Assembly: GCA_001938485.1 (NCBI GenBank)
Contig: MQRK01227676.1
Coordinates: 46,765 to 104,001 of the forward strand
Source of the DNA: Girardia tigrina
Lineage: Eukaryota
Reading direction: 5' to 3'
DNA length: 57,237 nt
Program-made: the position numbers and the translations under genes
Notes under the pieces: model-generated
Database searches by the model: none
What the model was told of the DNA's origin: nothing
Seen by the model: only the letters and a program-made list of their open reading frames with translations
In this document: one piece after another, positions 52,670-57,237 of the stretch
How positions within the stretch are numbered: the stretch's first letter is position 1
Layout: the number at the start of each line of letters is the position of its first letter

Positions 52670-53075
52670 TAGCAACATAATCACTTTATCTTCATTAAAA
52701 GATTTGTAACAAAGTCCAATACATAATGGAGGTTTATCAGGACAGCTCGGACAGTAATATCGAGTCTCCTTTTTAATGTTTTTCGTAGCACAAACTCTAC
52801 ATTTGCGAGTTGGATTTTGACGTGTAGGAGCAATAGCATCAAGATAATGATGGGAAATTTGTTCCTGGGATATGATTGACGTAGATTGATGAGATTGAAT
52901 GACTGCATCTTGGCTTCCATTTTGCCATTATTATATAACTACTTCTCTAAATTGAAAAGATGTTTTATTTTCTGCGTTCGGTTACTGACAATACAATATA
53001 CATTATGCACCGCCATTTCTATGATGTGTACAACAATTTTTTATACCACCGAAGAGTTTTTCTCATAGTGTTCAG
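52670..53075 (-). mobile_element. piggyBac transposase C-terminal fragment
   Basis: RKTLRWYKK..H..EMAVHN and Cys-rich CRVC...ETRYYCPSCPDKPPLCIGLCY. Confidence 0.85.
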
Positions 53076-53079
53076 GGAA

Positions 53080-53629
53080 TATTTTCTATTTGATGGGTAA
53101 GACCTTGCCAGGTTACCCCATCCTTGACATGTAAAACATTTCATTTCTCCTTCCTGGTTTACTTGTCCTCTTATTATTTTATTATCATTATTTTTATTAA
53201 AACCAGTATTATTATTCCGATAATTATTATTCTTTTTTCTTCGATAAATACCTCTTGAACCTCGATAATTATTGTTACCTCTATTATCATTTCTATAATT
53301 ATTACCATCATTGTTATTCATATTGCCTCTGTTATTATTATTATAATTATTACCCCCTCTGTTATTATTGTGGCCTCAATAATTTCCTTTATAATTATTT
53401 ACTCGGCCTCTGTTAAAACTACTGTGCTCTGCTCCATCATCCTTTCTTACATTTCCATTATTATTATTAAATTGATTTGAGAAACCACTACCTCCCCTCT
53501 TTTCGGAAGGGTGACTGTTCCTCGAATCCACATTTTTCTTAAAAATAGGTTGTGAACCTGTGGCACAATTTTCAATATTATTTCTATCAATATTATGAGC
53601 TTCGATACGTCGAGCTTTTTGTACTAAAT
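53080..53629 (-). mobile_element. LTR retrotransposon gag fragment
   Basis: LVQKARRIE...N/G/R-rich...CFTCQGWGNLARSYP degenerate zinc knuckle. Confidence 0.7.
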
Positions 53630-56600
53630 CAGGGGTTTCCAAACTACGACCCGCGGGCCTAATCCGGCCCGCGACACAATTCCACAAATGTATACAACTT
53701 ACGTTGAATAAAAAAAATCAAATAATGATTTTCAATAATTTAAACTTTAAATTTATCTTTAAATTGTAAAGTTAATAATTCATTAATAAATATAAAAAAT
53801 AATTTCATTTTTTTATTATTAATATTAACAAGAAAAATTTAAACATGTAAATATACTTATATATTAAAATCACATATTTGTTGAGATATGATTTCAATAA
53901 AATAATAAAAGTATAAAAATAAAAATTTTGTTTTAATTAATGGATAAAATAAAACTTTATTTATCCTTTTACAATAATAAATATAAAATATATATAAATA
54001 ATTAGAGTTAATTTAATGGAAGATATAAATAATTAAGAAAGAAATAACAAAGCATTTATATTAAAAAGGCAAATAGAGTTTAAATTAAGAAAATAAGAAG
54101 ATTATATATTAGAAAAAGAACTATAAAAGGAACGAGTTTTTTTAAAGAAAGTTAGTCATCAAATTCCTAATAAGAAGAAGAGACCTTAATTATATTTAAT
54201 TAATACCTTAATTATATTTCGAGAGTCAAGGTAAATGGAAAAGTCAAGAATTTGAAGATTTTGTCTTGACCATCTGAATTGAATTAATTAACTGACCTCC
54301 GCGAAGAACGATCAGAATTAATTAGAAGTCGATCAGAGTATTAATAAGCTCTTGATCAAAAAGACAACGATTCGTATTGATATTGATTCAACACGATTTA
54401 AAAGTTAAAAGGTACGAAGAAAAACGTGAAATCATATTATAATATATTTTTAAGTAATATATGTTTATACAATCTAAAATCATCTCGGGATAAACAAAAC
54501 ATTGTTGTCCCACTATCCAATCTTTAAATTCTTAAATAGGTCAGGTTCACTAAAATTTGTGTATCTTTTATATTTGTATAATTGTGAATAAAAATATAAT
54601 ATTTATAAAAAGAAAAATCTTATTGTTTTATTTCTGTTTAAACATATAAAAATCACCTATATCCCAATATATTATTATTTATAACTTAATTTCGTTTCCA
54701 AATTTGGTCAAACTATTCGTCGGAAATCTACATCTCATCAGCAAGAGAAATCAGCATCTCCAATCGGAGTTTAAAAGAATTTTATTGAAAATATTTGTTA
54801 AATTTAATTAATTTTATTATGTAAAAATTTGTTTTATCTTACTTTATTTTGGCAACTGTTTTGAAAGATAAATACATTATTTCTTGATTTTTAAAATTAG
54901 ACAAATTACTTATATATTTTCGTTGCGAAAGAAAACGACTGAAATTTTTCGACCGATTATAATTATCAGAACGCAAAACTTGGCGATATATAATTGTAAG
55001 TATCTCACAAATTTAGTTTTTTAATTAATTTTAAAATTTTACTAATTTAAATTGAGGATGGATTCTAAAAAAAAGTCATATGAAAAGAAACGAAAAGAGG
55101 ATGACGAAGGGTGTATTTTTAATGATGAATGGGGCATAAAATACTTTTTCGTGCAATCAAAAACAGGAGAAAAAGCTATTTGTGTGATATGCACAGAAAC
55201 AATAGCTGTATGGAAAGAATATAATATACGTCGTCACTATGACACAAAACATGCTGAAATCTTTTCCCAATTTAAAGAAAAATAGCGGTTAAATAAATTT
55301 GAATAATTATCTCAAGCTTTACAATCCAAACAGAATTTTTTATGAAACAGAAAAAGGATAATGAAAACTTTACCTTTGCAAGTTACAAAATTGCGCATGT
55401 GCTGGCTAAAAGAGGAAAACCGTTCACCGATGGCAATATGATTAAAGATTGTATCATGGAAGCAGTGACTGAGTTATGTCCAGAAAAAATTAATATGCTT
55501 AAAATGGTAAGTCTTGCACCAAATACAATTGGTCGACATGTTAAACATATCGGAAACAACATTTTAAACAAACAATTAATAAAACACGAAGTTTCAATTG
55601 GTACTCTTTGACTTTGGACGAATCAACTGATATTTCTAATACCACATAGCTTGTAGTATGTTTTCGTTACGTTGACCATAATCTTAACGTTACGCAGGAA
55701 TTAGTTTCACTTTGTAGCATGCATAGCACTACAACGGGAGAGGACATTTTCAAGGAAGTTGAAAAAACATTAAATGATTATAAGTTAGATTGGAGTCGAT
55801 TACAATGCATTACAATTGATGGCGCAAGAAACATGGTTGGTATAAAAAAAGGTTTGGTTGGACAAATCTCAAAAGCGTGTGAAATAATTGGAAAATCAAA
55901 ACCTATGTTTTTTCACTGTATGATCCATCAACAATCACTTTGTGCAAAATATATTGATATGAGCTGCGTATTGAAGCCCGTCATTTCAATGATAAACTTT
56001 ATTCGAGCTCATGCACTTTAAAATCTCCAATTTCGAACTTTCCTTGAAGAATGTGATTCCGAAAATATAGATTTGACATACTGTTTGGTATTCAAATCTT
56101 TAATCTTAAATATTTACATTTTTTAAAAACACTTTATTCTTTAATCGTAAATCTTTATTCCTTAATCTTTAATCTGACTCCAATTAATCAGAAAGGACTT
56201 TCAATATAAATATATAGACAATGAACACAAATTCTTTTATGAAACTTTATTTCAAATAACAAAAATTAACAAGTCAAAAATAATAATAATAATTCAATTC
56301 TTGATGACAGAACACAAACACAAATCAATATTTCGTATGACTTAACAGATTACAGTAAAAACTGTGAATCTCCAAAACGAACGAATGTTTAAATTTAAAT
56401 TAAACCTTTTTCTCCCATACGGGATACTTATGGTTTTCTGCATAAAATTTTGTCAAAAGTGTTCAAATATATTTTTCGAAACTATAGCAATACTACACCG
56501 CTGGTCGTTGCATTAGTCGAGGAAAAGTTCTTTTCCGTTTCTTTCAACTCAGACATGAAATTGATATTTTCCTTACCGAGAAAGATCCCTCTGAACCACC

Positions 56601-56930
56601 TTTGCCAAATCGTGAATGGCTCTGGAATTTGAAAATTTTTGCAGATTTGGTAAATCATATGAACAATTAAAATTTAAAATTACAATGTGAAAATAATTTA
56701 ATTTGCGATTTTTACACAAATATAAAGGCATTTAGTGCAAAGTTGTTACTGCTAGAAAGCCAAATAAACACTTATAATTTTACACATATGCAATGCTGTG
56801 TAGAATTGTATAAAACGTGCCAAGGGACACTTCCTTTGCCTTTCGCAAATATAGTTATCGAAGACCTAAAACAACAATTTCGGAAACGTTTTGCTGAACT
56901 GGATGCTAATGCTGCGGAAACAAGGTATTT
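53630..56930 (+). mobile_element. hAT Charlie/SPIN-type element (GTF2IRD2-like transposase pseudogene from about 55058)
   Basis: Left TIR CAGGGGTTTCCAAACTACGACCCGCGGGCC; CVIC...KEYNIRRHY.TKH, KPFTDG, LDESTD, TTGEDIF, IDGARNMVG, HCMIHQQSLC. Confidence 0.9.
56082..56489. mobile_element. Solo LTR inserted in the Charlie transposase
   Basis: TG...CA ends; 4-bp TSD ATAC at 56078-56081 and 56490-56493; removal restores DLTY|YTAGRCISRGKV. Confidence 0.8.
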
Positions 56931-57054
56931 TATTTAAAAAAAAGAAAGTATTTTATTTGGCTCCTGGCCGATTTTATATTAAGTAACCGAGAGCCCTTAG
57001 CGACAACTCGGATTGTTCGAAAGTTAAAGGTTTATCGCCACACTTTACAGCGTG

Positions 57055-57091
<37 letters not shown>

Positions 57092-57237
57092 GAATATAAT
57101 ATTTTAATATTATTTATTTGTTAGGTATATAAAAAATAAATATTATAAAATTAAATATTTTGTTTTAATTAATTGGGTACAATAAAAATTATTTACCTTT
57201 TTATTATAATAAATATAATATATATATATATATATAA

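Noticed and set aside
1-57237. CRISPR arrays, tRNA/rRNA genes or prokaryote-type systems
   Set aside because: No repeat-spacer arrays, cloverleafs, rRNA-like sequence or operons seen; the window is intron-rich animal DNA.

Overview
Very AT-rich eukaryotic (animal) genomic DNA with assembly gaps. The 43-58 nt mini-introns, cecropia-type mariners and TE mix suggest a planarian/triclad flatworm (inference). One minus-strand gene spans almost the whole window. It encodes the N-terminal part of an MLL3/4 (KMT2C/D) family protein, i.e. an LPT-like ('Lost PHDs of Trr') product. I traced 24 phase-consistent exons by hand (about 2,170 codons; ATG at 51918, last visible donor at 1030-1031). They encode an extended PHD plus three PHDs, a second triple-PHD cluster, an HMG box and a polyQ region. 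No SET domain lies in the window and the gene appears to run off the left edge. Its large introns and upstream region are full of decayed transposons: Chapaev3, hAT (including a Charlie-type copy carrying a solo LTR), piggyBac MITEs and a transposase fragment, several mariners, DD41D-like and DD35E Tc1-like elements, Ty3/Gypsy pieces, RTE LINEs and a Penelope fragment. The most unusual observations are: a repeated ~700 bp composite element with a 340 bp palindromic head and a DINE-1/Helentron-like tail; a short RTE-tailed SINE-like element with a degenerate hammerhead-like fold; a sharp GC step between 5' and 3' exons; long loop insertions in two PHD fingers; and an inverted gag duplication bracketing exons 1-2. 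No clearly novel multi-gene system is supported. All coordinates were read by hand and may be off by a few bases.
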